The notes under the pieces are model-generated. The model worked only from the letters and a program-made list of their open reading frames with translations, was not told the origin of the DNA and ran no database searches. Both the position numbers and the translations under genes were made by a program. Source: Lama guanicoe (Eukaryota). Taken from it: DNA of 64,000 bases. Position 1 is the stretch's first letter, and every line of letters begins with the position of its first letter. This document shows, in pieces, positions 36,801 to 50,230 of the stretch. The stretch spans positions 110,666 through 174,665 of the forward strand of contig MU054085.1 in the NCBI GenBank assembly GCA_013239625.1, read 5' to 3'.

Positions 36801-39800
36801 CAACCCCAAAACAATGAACAAAATGGCAATAAGTACATACCTATCAATAATCACTTTAAATAAAAATGGGCTAAATGCTCCAATCAAATACAGAGTACCG
36901 AATGGATACAAAAACAAGACCTACACATGCTGTCTGTAAGAGACTCACTTCAGGTCTAAAGACACATACAGATTAAATGACAGGGGATAGAGAAAGATGG
37001 TCCATGCAGATGGAAACAGAGAGAAAGCTGGAGTAGACATAGTTATATTAGACAGTATATGCTTTAAACCAAGACTGTAACAAGAGACAAAGAAAAGGAC
37101 ATTGCATAATGATAAAGGGATCAGCCCCAAAAGAAGACATAACAATTATAAATTCTGGCCACAAAACAAGTCTCAATAAATCAAAAAGATTGAAATCGTA
37201 TCAAGCATCTATTCTGAGCACAGTGGTATGAGACTAGAAACCAACTACAAGAAAAAAACTGCACAAACACTTGGAGGCTAAACAGTATGCTACAAAACCA
37301 CCAATGGGTCACTGAAGAAATCAAAGAAGCAATAAAAAAGACCTGGAGACAAATTGAAAATGGAAATACAATGATCCAAAATCTATGAGATGCAGCAAAA
37401 GAAGTTTTAAGAGGGAAATTTATACCAGCTTACCACAGGAAACAAGAAGAATCTCAAATAAACAACCTAACCTTACACCTAAAGGAAATAGAAAAAGAAA
37501 AACAAACAAAACCAAAAGTTAGTGGAAAAAAAGAATTTAAAAAATATCAGAGCAGAAATAAATGAAATAGAGACTGTAGAAAACAATAGAAAAGATCAAT
37601 GAAATTAAGAGCTGATTCTTTGAAAAGATAACAAAATTGATAAACCTTTACCCAGACTCATCAAGAGAAAAAGAGGACCTAAATAAATAAAATCAGAAAT
37701 GAAAAAGGGGAAGTTACAAACCAATATCACAGAAATACAAAAGATCTTAAGAGATTACTATGAAAAATTATACATCAATAAAATGGACAACCAAGAAGAA
37801 ATGAATAAATTCTTAGCAACATACAATCTCCCAAGACTGAATCAGGAAGAAATACAAAATATGAATGGACTAATTAACAGTAATGTACTTAAATCAGTAA
37901 TTTAAAAATTTCTCAACAAACAAAAGTGCAGAAACAGTTTCACAGGTGAACTCTACAAAACATTTAAAGAAGAGTTAATGCCTATCCTTCTGAAATTATT
38001 CCAAAAAATTGAAGAGGAAGGAACACGTCTAAAATCATCCTATGTGACCAGCATCACCCTGATACCAAAATCAGGCACAAAAAAGGAAATTACAGGGCAA
38101 TAAGACTAATGAACATAGATGTAAAAGTCATCAACAAAATATTAGCAAATTGAATTAGATGGTGTATTAATAGGATCATTCACTATGATTCAGAGGGACC
38201 TATCATAGGGATTCAAGGGTGGTTGAATATCAGCAAATCAGTCAATGTGATACCCACATAAACAAACTGAAGAATAAAAATTAAATGGTCATTTCAATAG
38301 ATGCAGAAAAATCTTTTGGCAAAATTCAATATCCATTTATGATAAACATTCAACAAGTGGGTATAGAGGGAACATACCTCAACATAATAAAGGCCGTATA
38401 TGACAAGCTCACAGCTACCATCATACTCAATGGTGAAATGCTGAAAGCATTTCCTCTAAGATCAGGAACAAGACAAGGATGTGCACTCTTCCAACTTTTA
38501 TTCAGCATTGTACTGGAAGTCCTAGATCCAGCAATCAAACAAGAAAAATAAATAAAAGGAATCAAAATTGGAAAGGAACAAGTCAAAGTGTCACTGTTTG
38601 CTGATGATGTGATGTTGTATATAGAAAATCTTAAACACACCACTGATAACCATTCGAACTGAAAAATTAATGTACAGAAATCTGTTGCCTCTCTATACAC
38701 TAATAATGAAGTATCAGGAAGAGAAATTAAGAAAACAATCCCATTCAAAATCATATCAAAAATAATAAAATACCCAAGAAATGAACCTAGCCAATGAGGT
38801 AAAAGACCTGTACTCTAAAACACTATAAAACACTGATGAAGTAAATTGAAGATGACACAAACAGATGGAAAGATAGACCTTTTCATAAATTGGAAAAATT
38901 AATATTGTTAAAATGATCATATCACCCAAGAAAACCTATAGATTCAATGCAGTCTTTATTTTAAAAAAATGGAATTTTCCACAGAACTAGAACAAGCAAT
39001 TTTCAAATTTGTGTGGAAACACAAACGATCCCAAATAATCCAAGTAATCTGAGAAAGAAGAACAAAGCTGAAGGTATCACATTCCCTGATTTCAAACTAT
39101 ACTACAAAGCTACAGTAATCAAAACAGTATGGTACTAGCATAAAAACAAACACATAGCTCAATAGAACAGAATAGAGAGGCCAGAAATGAATGCACAGTT
39201 ATATGGTCAATTAATCTTTGACAATGAAGCAAGCATCTACAGTGGGTAAAAGACAGCCTGTTCAATAAAAAAATGGGAAAACAGGGCAGCTACATGCAAA
39301 AGACTCACACTGGATTTCTTTCTCATAATATATACAAAAATAAACTCAAAATGGATTAAAGACCCAAATGTAAGACCTGAAAGCATAAAACTCCTAGAAG
39401 AAGGCATGGATATGATCTCTGACATTGGTCTAAGCAATATTTTTTTGGATATGTCTCCTCAGGCAAGAGGAACAAAAGCAAAAGTACACAAATTGGACTA
39501 CACCAAACTAAAAATCTTCTGTGCAGTAAAATAAACTGTCAACAAAACAAAAAGGCAGCCAACTGAATGGGAGAAGATATTTGCTAATGATATATCTGAT
39601 AAGGGGTTAATATCCAGAATACACAAATAGCTCATATAACTCACCATCAAAAACAAACAAACAAACCCCAAGGAACCTGATTTAAAAAATGGGCAGAGGA
39701 CCTGAATAAACATTTTTCCAAAGAAAATACACAGATGGCCAACAGGCACATGGACAGATGCCCGACAGCACTAATCATCAGAGAAATGCAAATCAAAATC

Positions 39801-40020
39801 ACAATGAGATATCACCGCATACCTGTCAGAACATCTATTATCACAAAGACAACAAATAACAAGTGTTGGCAAGGATGTAGACAAGAGGGAACCCTTGTTC
39901 ATTGCTGGTGGACATGTAAATTGGTACAGCCACTATGGAAAGCAGTATGTAAGTGCCTCAAAAATTAAGAATAGAACTATCATATTCATCAATTCCAATT
40001 TTGGATACTTGTCCAAAGAA
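33860..40020 (+). mobile_element. Near full-length decayed L1: 5' UTR, ORF1 (about 35540-36400), inter-ORF spacer, ORF2 from 36823; 3' UTR missing
   Basis: ORF1 peptide LRDFWDNIKCTNICI; ORF2 start MAISTYLSIITLN; RT peptides ISIDAEKSF...SGTRQGC and LFADD near 38594; many stops and frameshifts. Confidence 0.93.
34216..34627 (+). mobile_element. Solo ERV LTR (412 bp, probably class II) inserted in the L1 5' UTR
   Basis: TG...CA termini; TSD aagc(c/t); CCAAT near 34313; TATATAA 34534-34540; AATAAA 34554-34559. Confidence 0.8.
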
Positions 40021-40399
40021 AAGATATGGAATAACCCTCTCTGGTAAGCTTAGTAGGAAAATGTAGTTGGCCATAATCTGAGACGGGGTTGAATTTTTAT
40101 CTTATCATGCAGTGTGGCCTTGATAGTAAATTAATTAATGTTTTATTCTGACCAATTCTGAAGTTTGTGTGAGCAATATCAAATATATTTTTCTTCTGAG
40201 GCTGAAATGCCTCAGAAATTTCATCAGGCCTGGTAGGCTATATAGCGTTTGCCACAATTAACACAAAGGTATGTTTAGGGTTTCCCTGATTCTCTGCCAT
40301 CTTTTTTCCCAATGGGACAGGCATGTTTTTGGACAAACATAGCCTGGCTTTTAATCTATATAGCAGAAAACTTAAAGCAGGGGCATCTGAGACATCAGG

Positions 40400-40736
40400 A
40401 TGTGATGAAAGGGGTTTTGGAGCATGGCATCTTCTTACGTCTTCCTCACTCAAAGCAACCCCTTTTTCTCCTACAGTTCTCTTTTATTCATCTCCAAAGA
40501 AGCAGAATCTGTGTGCTGGGATTAAAGTAAACAAGCGATTGTAAAAGTACAGTGTTGGATCTTGTCTTTATTGAAAATTTTGACATTTTACTCCCCATAG
40601 AATTTTCACAATTTTGATATTTTAAAATATTGTCTTAAGATATTATATGTCTTGATTGCTGAAAAGAAATTTTGTGCCTCCTTAAATTTTGCATCCCCAG
40701 TGTGCCTCCCTTGCTTTACCCTAATCCCGGTTTTGA
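40400..40736 (-). mobile_element. MER96B-like hAT-Tip100 element
   Basis: ttttgatattttaaaatattg...atgtcttgattgctga...ccttaaattttgca...accctaatcccgg; left boundary approximate. Confidence 0.65.
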
Positions 40737-40959
40737 TCATCTCTCTCACTCAGGTACATCAGGCAGGAGGATCACTGATAAAATGAAGCATACTGCAACT
40801 CAGTAGCTGTGGGACAATTGTTTGATGCTGTTGGCCCTCCCAATGACCTGACTTCTGTGTCTTCTGCCTGCGGACTTTTATTGCCCCAGGTCACCAGAGC
40901 ATGGATGGCAGGGTTCATGGGAAACCTGGAAATTTATCACTAATGTGAGCAGGAAGGAG

Positions 40960-42500
40960 GCTAAGCAATCCTGCTGAAGACAGTTCAGAGTAATTTGGTC
41001 ACCATTTTTACAGTGATTTTGCCTTTTATTGGATAGTGCAAATTTATAACTAATTAATTGATTGATAGCGCTTTGTTAAAAAAATCTTTTGACAGCAATA
41101 AGTTATAAATAAACTAAAGCGTATGTTGAATGAAAAATTAAAGACCGAATTTTTGCTTTTCATGAAAGAAGTTGGTGATGAATGAATGTGTGACCTACAC
41201 AAAGAGATTTTAGACATTTACTTTCTATGGGGCCAAAGTGTTATCACTGAACACATGAAAACCAGAAGACACAAAGCCATTGAAGAAACAGCACCATCTA
41301 CACCAAAAAGTTAGTAGTCACTTTGAGACAACTGTGCCCAAAGATGCTGATGTAACATAATGTGGTGAAAATGGTGTGTTTGCTCATCATTCTGTGAAGC
41401 ATGACTTTTCATTTAGATTAAATGACTGCTCTAAATTAATTTCCCTTTTTCAGTTCCAATTATTCTTGTGCATGTACAAAAGTTCAAGTGATAACTATCA
41501 ATATAATGGCTTGGTTAGCAGAAGAACTTGGCAAACTGCTAAACAACTGTAATTTTGTATCTGTCATCAGATTTTTCAAATAGGAAATCAGTTAATCCCA
41601 ATAATGGCTCAATTCTTTTTAAATTCAACTCACGGATGCAAAGTTTTTGGAAGGTGAAAGAATTGAGATTGTTACCAATGTAACCACAAATTCATTTCAG
41701 ACTTTGACAGCAAAGATAAATTGTTTTGTTTTGTCTTGTTTGAGTACTAATATGAATACAATGTGTTAAAATAATGTTCTAACTAAATTAAGAAACCCAT
41801 GGAACAGAAATGTACTTGGAATAGATTGTGATACATATCATGTACCACTGTGTCCAGACAAGCTGTGATATTTTACCAATAAACATAGAGGCTGAAGTTG
41901 TTGAAATTTACAAATAATTTTTGTAGGTACAGAGTAACTAAACTCATGTGTTTTCTTTTGGTGACAATGATGAATACAAAAGTATACTTCAATAGAATTT
42001 TAGAAATATTGAAGCATTTGCCAAACTGTTTTGTGAATTAATAAGTAATAGTATTAAACTTTTTATAATTGAGTATCCTAAGTTTTGGCTACACTTTGTT
42101 TGCAATTCACTGAAAATCTTCATAAAAATGTTTTTAATGGCGTATCCCCAAATTTTAGCTTTTGAAGCTTTTAGAAAAGTTCAATTTTTGAATACAAATC
42201 TGTCAAACCAAAAGACATTGCAGTTTTCCCCTGTAAAAGCAGGAGACAGACTACACAAAGCAAGAAATGAAAGCCCCATGGGGTGCACAATTTGATTTTG
42301 AAATTTTTAAATTGCTCTTAGGAATATTTTGACTTGTGGGAAGAATCTCTTGATGGATCTCCTATTTTTCAGTAAATAGTTTATATTCCATATCTGAATG
42401 GACTGGTATGAAACTGGGAGTGAATATAATTATGCAGTGTCTAAATTGGGTAAAACATTAAGAAGAAACAGAGACAATTTATTTATCAACTTAGACAACT
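40960..42500 (+). mobile_element. BLACKJACK-like hAT transposon internal (transposase) fossil
   Basis: Disrupted frames read ITEHMKTRRHK (BED-finger-like) and HHSVKHDFSFRLNDC; multiple stops and frameshifts. Confidence 0.75.
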
Positions 42501-42509
42501 TAGTTTTGT

Positions 42510-43560
42510 CTTTTAAATCTATCCTTTTGTGTCTCTGTGCCTCATTCTGGTTGATTTTTTTTTTTTGGATCAACCTTCCAGTATACTGATTCTTTCTTTA
42601 GCATTTCTAACCTACTACTAGACTTGTCCAGTGATTTATATTTCATTTATTATTTTTAATTTTAATAATATTGATTTGCTTATTTTTCAGCATGCTTCGT
42701 CATTCTTTATATTTTTCATTTGCTCTTCATATTTTCCAAGCTTCTCTTAAAATTCTTTTATACACAGTAAGTGTAGTTTTTATTCTGTGCCTCTATTAAC
42801 TCCCATGGCTGAAGTCTTTGTGGGTCTGTCCCCTGAGGCTCACAATGACTCGTTTCATTATCAGTTTTATTTTGACTGCATCCTGCTTATTTTTCTTGGG
42901 ACTTTACCTGTGAGAATTCACTGATGCCTGGGTTGATGGGTTCAAAGTGGATATAGTTTCTGGGAGCACTTCCAGGCTGGGATCACTGAAAAACTAGATT
43001 TCAGGGTAAGGATTTTTAGGCCAATGAACTGATATGGATTTGCCCTGCAGAACCATGTGAGGATTTCTTTTCTGCTGTAAACTTTCAGGAAATATATATA
43101 TTTTTTCTGTTGATTGAGCATCAAGGTTGGTGATGGGTAATTTTCCTTGCAGTCCCTGGCAGGGTAGGCATTTCTAGCTCTTTTTAACACTGAAGGTGTA
43201 CTCCTTTGCTTCTCAACTTTAAGAGAAGGTATTTTAGTAGATAAGCCACCATGGGCAGGTCCTAGACTTTGTATTTTGTTCCCATGCCCTGTGAGTAAAA
43301 ATTAAGGCCAAAAGTCCTGAAGACAAGTCCTGTGAGCTTCTCTGCTCTGTCCAATACTTAGAAATCTTGTCTTCATTTAAATTTTAACCTGAATATTCCT
43401 CACTTTCTTGCCAGATAATTAATGCATTTAAGAAGGGCTTTTTTCTTTTATGGTCATGGTATCTCATTCAGAATTTTTTGGTTAATTTCAAGAGCATAAA
43501 TCAGAATATCTAGTCTGTCATATCTAGTCAGCAGAAGTTACACTGTCTTATTTTTTTCCT
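42510..43560 (-). mobile_element. Old L1/HAL1-like 5'/ORF1 region
   Basis: T-rich, with ttcttt...tctaacctactactagacttgtccagtgatttt typical of reversed old L1 ORF1. Confidence 0.45.
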
Positions 43561-43649
43561 TGTCTAAATATCTGGAGTGAAAATTTAAATAATACAGGAG
43601 GACATAAAGGTAAAGCCTCTCTCCCACCTCCATTCTCTAACAGAAACAC

Positions 43650-43860
43650 CTAGCTAACATACTAGCACTTGGGATGTGCCAAGTTTTATTCTGTGTGCTT
43701 CCTGTGCATTAACTCATTTTGTCTTTTATCATCTCTTTGAGCAGGCTACTGTTATGACTCCCATTTCCCAGATGAGGAATGGAGGCTCAGAGAATTTAAA
43801 TGACTAATCCATCAAGTGATGGGGCTGGGTTTGAACTTGGCGGTCTGACTTCAGAGCATC
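43650..43860 (-). mobile_element. MIR SINE
   Basis: cccatttcccagatgaggaatggaggctcagaga...gggtttgaacttggcggtctgacttcagagc. Confidence 0.8.
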
Positions 43861-44069
43861 TGCATTCCTTTCTCCCCCCTTTCACCTTGCTGTTAATCAT
43901 AGCACTATCCAGGACTCTTACATCCACTGTCAACATGGGTGAAACTGTCCTTTCTTTGCACATACAAACCTATATATTCATACTTTTTCCTAATTTCTTT
44001 TTGACTCTTTTATTCAATAAACATTATTTTATCCACTTCTGTGTGTCAGGTCAGAGCTCAGTGTATTCA

Positions 44070-44982
44070 TTTTTTTTANNNNNNNNNNNNNNNNNNNNNN
44101 NNNNNNNNNNNNNNNNNNNNNNNNNNNNNNNNNATTCCAGTGTACAATTTTTCAGTTATATATGAACATATATATATTCATTGTCACATCTTTTTCTCTG
44201 TGAGCTGCCATAAGATCTTGTGTATATTACCCTGTGCTCTATGGTATAATCTTGTTTCTCTATTCTACAATTTTGAAACCCTATCTATCCCTTTCCACCC
44301 TCTGTCCCCTTGGCAACCACAAGTTTGTATTCTATGTTTATGAGTCTGTTTCTGTTTTGTATTTATGCTTTCTTTGTTTGTTTGTTTGTTTGTTTGTTAA
44401 GATTCCACATATGAGCAATCTCATATAGTATTTTTCTTTCTCTTTCTGGCTTACTTCACTTAGAATGACATTCTCCAGGAGCATCCATGTTGCTGCAAAT
44501 GGTGTTATGTTGTTGGTTTTTATGGCTGAGTAGTATTCCATTGAATAAATATACCACATCTTCTTTATCCAGTCATCTGTTGATGGATATTTAGGCTGTT
44601 TCCATGTCTTGACTAGAACCATCAAAGATCTTGAATTGCCAAAGCATTACTGAAGAGAAAGAAAGAGGCTGGAGGAATAACTCTCCCAGATTTCAGACAG
44701 TACTATAGAGCTACAGTCATCAAGACAGCATGATATTGGTACAAAAACAGACATATAGGCCAATGGAACAGAATAGAGAGCCCAGAAATGAACCCACAAA
44801 CTTTTGGTCAACTCATCTTCGACAAAGGAGGCATGAATATACAATGGCATAAAGACAGTCTCTTCAGCAAATGGTGTTGGGAAAACTGGACAGCAGCATG
44901 TAAAGCAGTGAAGCTAGAACACTCCCTTACACCATATACAAAAATCAACTCAAAATGGATCAAAGACTTAAACATAAGACAA
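44070..44982 (-). mobile_element. Young L1 with 5' inversion and deletion (minus about 44070-44615; plus about 44616-44982)
   Basis: 3' UTR reverse complement joined at gacta|gaacc to plus-strand ORF2 ([14 protein letters not shown]...); imperfect TSD agt(g/a)tattc; very similar to the L1 at 14411. Confidence 0.88.
44079..44133. other. Assembly gap (55 N) in the L1 poly(A)/3' end
   Basis: Run of n. Confidence 1.
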
Positions 44983-47900
44983 GTATATTCATATTTTGAG
45001 GAAGAAGTCTGTCTTATGGGAGAGGCACACATTTACATGATAATGAAGATACAATGGTGCTGTGTGGGCTGCCTGAGAGTAACAATGCCTAGGAAGCACA
45101 GAGCAGACAGAAAGCCACTTCAGCCTGGGCACGGAAGTCAGGGAGGTTTCTCACTGGAGGCGGTATTTGAATTTGACCTTGAAGGATGAGTTGGTGTGTA
45201 CATCTCTGGAGAGCTGTACGCCACATACTTTCTAGGAGGAAGCAACAGCATATACAAAGGTGTGGGGACCTGAAAAGAAATGACTTGTTTATAAGCACTT
45301 CTAACATTTTATTGCTTATCAGGAATAAGAAGGTACTGTTTCTTTTGTATCCCCATGGTACCTGGCCAGGTGAATGCATAGGTACCATCTAATTGGTTTA
45401 ACAGCTCCCTCTGGTAAGCATGCAGAAGTTGACCTCTGAGTTTGCTCCTTCCAGATGCTGATAGGAAACAAGGATAGAAGGCTGAGTGAGGAAAGACACG
45501 GCCTTGTGGTCCTCTGCTGGTGTAAGTGCCCAGAGAGAACGCTAGCCTCCAAGGGACCCTATGAAGGATGCTGGGATCCGGGCTGCCAAATACAGAGCAA
45601 GAGCCCAAGAGAGGAAAACACACTTTCCAGAACGTAAACACTCCCCAGGCTGGTGTTTACAGCCCACCCTGTGGCCTGTCCTGCGGGTGATCTAGGGCTT
45701 CCTTGGTCCGCGCTCCTGGGCACTGGAGCCCCTGCTGTCTGAGGTATGACTTTCCTCCTCCCATGGGGCTCCCGGCACAGAACATACCTCTTTCCCTCTT
45801 CCCCTTGCTCTTACTTATTGCTTTTTCAGCTACTTAATCTCTCTTGAAGTGGTTTCTCAGGCCATACATTATTTACCAGGTAGTGATGTTTGACTGAGAT
45901 AATACGTGAGAAGGAAAAGGAGAGTGCCTGGTGCACCATCGGCACACGACACAAACTCACTCTTGCTTAGCATCTTTGTAAGGCACATGACTAGAGGCAG
46001 CACAATATCTTCTCAGATGCCCAGCATCTACCTTCAACCCAAGTACAGGGCGACAGACATTTAAATTGTTTAAACCAAGTGTGACTGGCTGAATCCAGGG
46101 CTAGGCACCGAGAGATGCTCAGACAGCAAAAGAGCAATGAGGCCATGGCGTCAGCTTAATAGCTGCTGTCAAGGATGGAAGTACTCAGTTTACAACTTTA
46201 ATATTTCACAGTTAAAAAAAATTGGAGCAGTATTATTCATCCCCACAGTCCCCATGAATGAATCTCACTGGGATATTTAAGCGTGACAACTGCTGAAACC
46301 TGGTGTCACAGGCTGGTGAAGGGGCAGCTACACATCAGACCTCCTCTAGGGTTCACTGGGATGAATGCCCCCCTCCCCCAGCAGGGAGATGCTAAGATCA
46401 GGCCACCCTGTGGAAGAGGAAACTGATTCACCTTTCTCTGCCTCCCCTGGCTATCCAATCCTTTCCCTTTATTCAGCGTCCTGTTTCACTGCATTTTGTA
46501 AATCTCATTTCTGAGAATGTTTTTCAGAAGCTTTGCCAGAGAGCTACTGTGACACTAGGAATGCATGGGGGGGGGTTGTCAGAGGATAAAGCACACAGCT
46601 TGTGAATGTAGGGGCTGCACAGGAGGAGAAACACACCCCCCCAAGCAACAAAGAAGGGCATGGGGGAGGGCGGGGGTTGGCAGGACACAGCGTGTCATCT
46701 GACAGGGCACAGCCCAGCCTCCTCTTGCTTCCAGAGTCCTCTGTACAGCCATCTCTCTGGCCATCATTCCCACCCTGTGCAGTGGTTGCTCCCTCAGGAG
46801 ATGCAGGTCTAAGCTCCAAGGGGCTTGGCACTCACTTCTTCATTCTGATACTGCCCACAGCACAAGACATGTGGAATTTGCACTTACTGGTGTACTGCAA
46901 CAACAATAACAAAAACCCCACAAAATCTCCTCTGACAACAAGTCAGAAAGAACTGGATTCTATCTTTTCTTTTTCTGCCACTGAGTAGTGAGAGCTTTTG
47001 GCAAATCATCTCTTCTCAAGTCTTGGTTTCTTTATTGGTGAACAATTTCCAGTGATGTTCTGTAAAACTCCATGTGTCAGTTTTGCTGTGAGATCTGTCC
47101 CTTCACTCATCCCTGTCACATTTTATAGGACCTTTCAGCCAGCATCTTCCAAAGATCTCTTTTCTCCAGTCAGAAATGTCCAAATTCCTAACAGGCACTT
47201 TAACTTTCCCATCCCATGTAATTACTGTCAAGACCAAATAAGACAAAAATTAAGGACTTGTGATTGTCATCTGAAGCACTGTTAGGAATGCTCACCAAAC
47301 AGATATTCAAACCCAAGAAAGACAAGAAGAAAAGCAACTCATCAAGGTGTGTTATGCCACACTTGGAGCTTTAGAAAGGTCACAGACATCTCAGGATGGA
47401 TGATGGCAGAGTAGATCTCAACAGATAAGTGTGCTCTGTCAATTTATAATGACATCTTCACCTGGGCTTCAAGGAGAAATTGTTAGGTCAGTGTTAACTC
47501 ACTGTCCCTGAAACAGCTTGAACCAGGAATCAGGGTGAATGTGTCCATGCTGATGGCACACAGGACCTCACTGACTAAGTAGGTTGATAGGAGAGGAGAA
47601 GGATTACAGGTTGTTTAGTCCAGTCCCTTCATTAGACACATGAGGACACTGAGGCCCAGGGAGGTGGCATAAACAATCAAGGTCCAGTTTGAGACCGACT
47701 TGTGTTTAAAGCCAATGTTGACTCTGGGATTTCTGTATTGGAAGGGTTAGAAGAATAAATTGGGCTGAGGGAAAGGGAGAGGGCTGTCTTGAAGCTGCTT
47801 TTGTGTAAGACTTTACAGAAGATTGAAAAAGTATCAAAGTTTGTAGCAAAAAAATGAAAGAGAAGAGCTCATGCTGACGAGAGAGAACAAAAGTCACTCT

Positions 47901-49066
47901 GGTACCAACACAGCAAGAGCTCTGCTCTGATGCTCTTTTTCACCTGATATGGCCATAGGAACATTTTTAGATGAAGAGGGAAGAGGGCAGGTCCACACAG
48001 CAATGAGCCCACTCTCTGGACTGCCAGGGTCATGAGGAAGCAGTGGTGAGGAGCAGGGTTATGTCCAGCCTTGGCAATGGGTGTTCCCTACAGAGAGATG
48101 CAGGTAACTCTATCTAATGCTCATTTAGGAGATTGGAAAGCAGTTTCTAGCAGTAAACTCATTAGTTACAACCTCTATTACCAAAAACCAATTTGGAGGG
48201 CTGACAGAATTCAGAATTTATTCCCAGCTTTACAATGCCCTTGTGTGAAGGAATGGTGAAAGGACTTTCTCTCCTACTGTGTTTTCACCTTCCAGGGCAT
48301 AGGTGACAGGTGTCACAAACAGATTAAAGTGATGACATGCCTGAATGATTTCAATGGCTTTGTTTGTTTCATGGCTACCCAGCTGGCTTTCAGGCCTCTC
48401 CTCCAACTTTTCCTTTCTTTCTTTTTCTGGTTTTTTTTTTTTTTTGACTTTTCACTCTGAGTGGTTGAAAGTCCTCTGGGTGACTGGTCAGCTAACAAAG
48501 ATGGCCATGGGTGACTCCAAGAGCTATTGTCTTATAATGACCTGTATGGTTTGTATTCCAAGTAGCTTCTGGAATCTCACTGCAGCCCTGCAACTGAGCT
48601 GAGTATTCCACCTAAAATGAAGCAGGACAGTTTGTTTCAACAGATTTGATATGACTTTCTTTTTTTTAACATGGTGGGGTCAACAGGTAGAAATGTTTTT
48701 CTGAAATCAAGTAATGTGCAGAAAATTACTTCTCTGTCTTCAAGCCTGTTCCCCTCCATTACCCCTACCTCTTTCAGGCTCTGTCTTTAAGGGTAGGTTG
48801 GTGATGCTGTGGGGATGAGTCCAGGACGGCATTAAAGAAGCCTACTAAAGCACCTGGAATAGTAATGGTTTGACTTGTAGTAGCAGCAACATGTCTTTGC
48901 TGTCAAGTCTCATCCATTTATAATTGTTTACTCCTGGATATCCAGTGGGTCAGAAGCCATCCACTCCTCCCCTGGGAAAACAGTACCCCCCTCAAATTCT
49001 CTGAGCATGATGCATTTGCTATCAGATATCCAATTCACCATCTTCTGGGATATAACAATTAACCAT

Positions 49067-50230
49067 TGTCTAGAGCACTGCCAGCTGGTGGCCCACAAAA
49101 ACCTCTGTTCCCCACTTCTTCCTCGGTTATAAAACCCTAATTTGAGTCAGGCAAGTTCCAACTAAATACATGTAAATGAAAGTTTCTATAAGAATTCCAT
49201 GAGGGAGCATCATTTCTACCTTCTCACTTTATCCTTTTTGATGCTTAGAATGTGGATGCAATGTCTGGAACCTCAGCATTCACTTTGGACCAAGAGGTGA
49301 TGTAAGAATGGAAGCCACATGTCCGGGAGCAGAAGATAGAAAGAGCCCAGGTGTCTGATGGCTTCATAGAGCCATCATACCTGTCCTTCTGTGGCCACTG
49401 GCTTTAAGTAAGTCTAGCCTTTGCATATCTCTGGCATCCTTAGAACGCTGACCTGCTTCCTTCTGGGCTTGTTTTAAATCCTTATGTGTTAAAGACACAG
49501 CAGTCATGTGTCAGTTACTCTCAGGTGATCTGAATTCTAACTGACAACAGACTACAGCACTTATAAGTGGATACTGTAATTAACAGAACCTAAAATATGG
49601 CATTTGATTATTGGATACTAAGGACTCAGCCATTGCAGTTTGGAGATTTGGTGACCCTCATTATGCAGTGGCAACATATTTGGCCAATACATGGCCCATT
49701 GCTAGAGCCTCAAGTATTAGGGCCAATGGCATTTATGAGTTTCTTTCTTGCTGTTTTTGTAAAGTCCTGTGACAGCGACAAACTCTGGCTAGAGCTGGAG
49801 AAGCTACATACAGAAATGGGAGGCAACCCACCTTTGCTGTGAGAGGTTTGCAATTTGGAGCAATGCTGGGTTGAAAATCACCAACAGCTCTTGAATTCAA
49901 GTGAAGTAAGAATAAGTGGTGGCTTATTCCAACTGCACCCTTGGAAGGCGGTAAGATTGATGTCATGCCCTCCTTAGGCAGTGAGCCCAAGTCCTATCCC
50001 AGATACCAATTCCCATGGACAAACTTGGTGTTTGGGGAGGACACAAGTGAGCATCTGAATACTTCTGACATACTTAGGATGTCAAGCAACATCTTCCAAG
50101 GCTTTACAGAGCTTAATAGCAAGATCATTTTTTCCAGTAGAAAGAATTGCTTATTTATTTCACTCTTACACATTATTTAAAATTAGTATTTGTGCAATTG
50201 GTTTTCTATGAACAGAATCCTAACTATATA
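49067..50230 (+). mobile_element. MaLR (MLT1-type) LTR plus internal remnant and a second LTR 3' end
   Basis: LTR end tgaattctaactgaca near 49546, followed by int-like aagtggatactg...aacagaacctaaaatatggc; second LTR-like end gaatcctaactatata near 50230. Confidence 0.6.
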
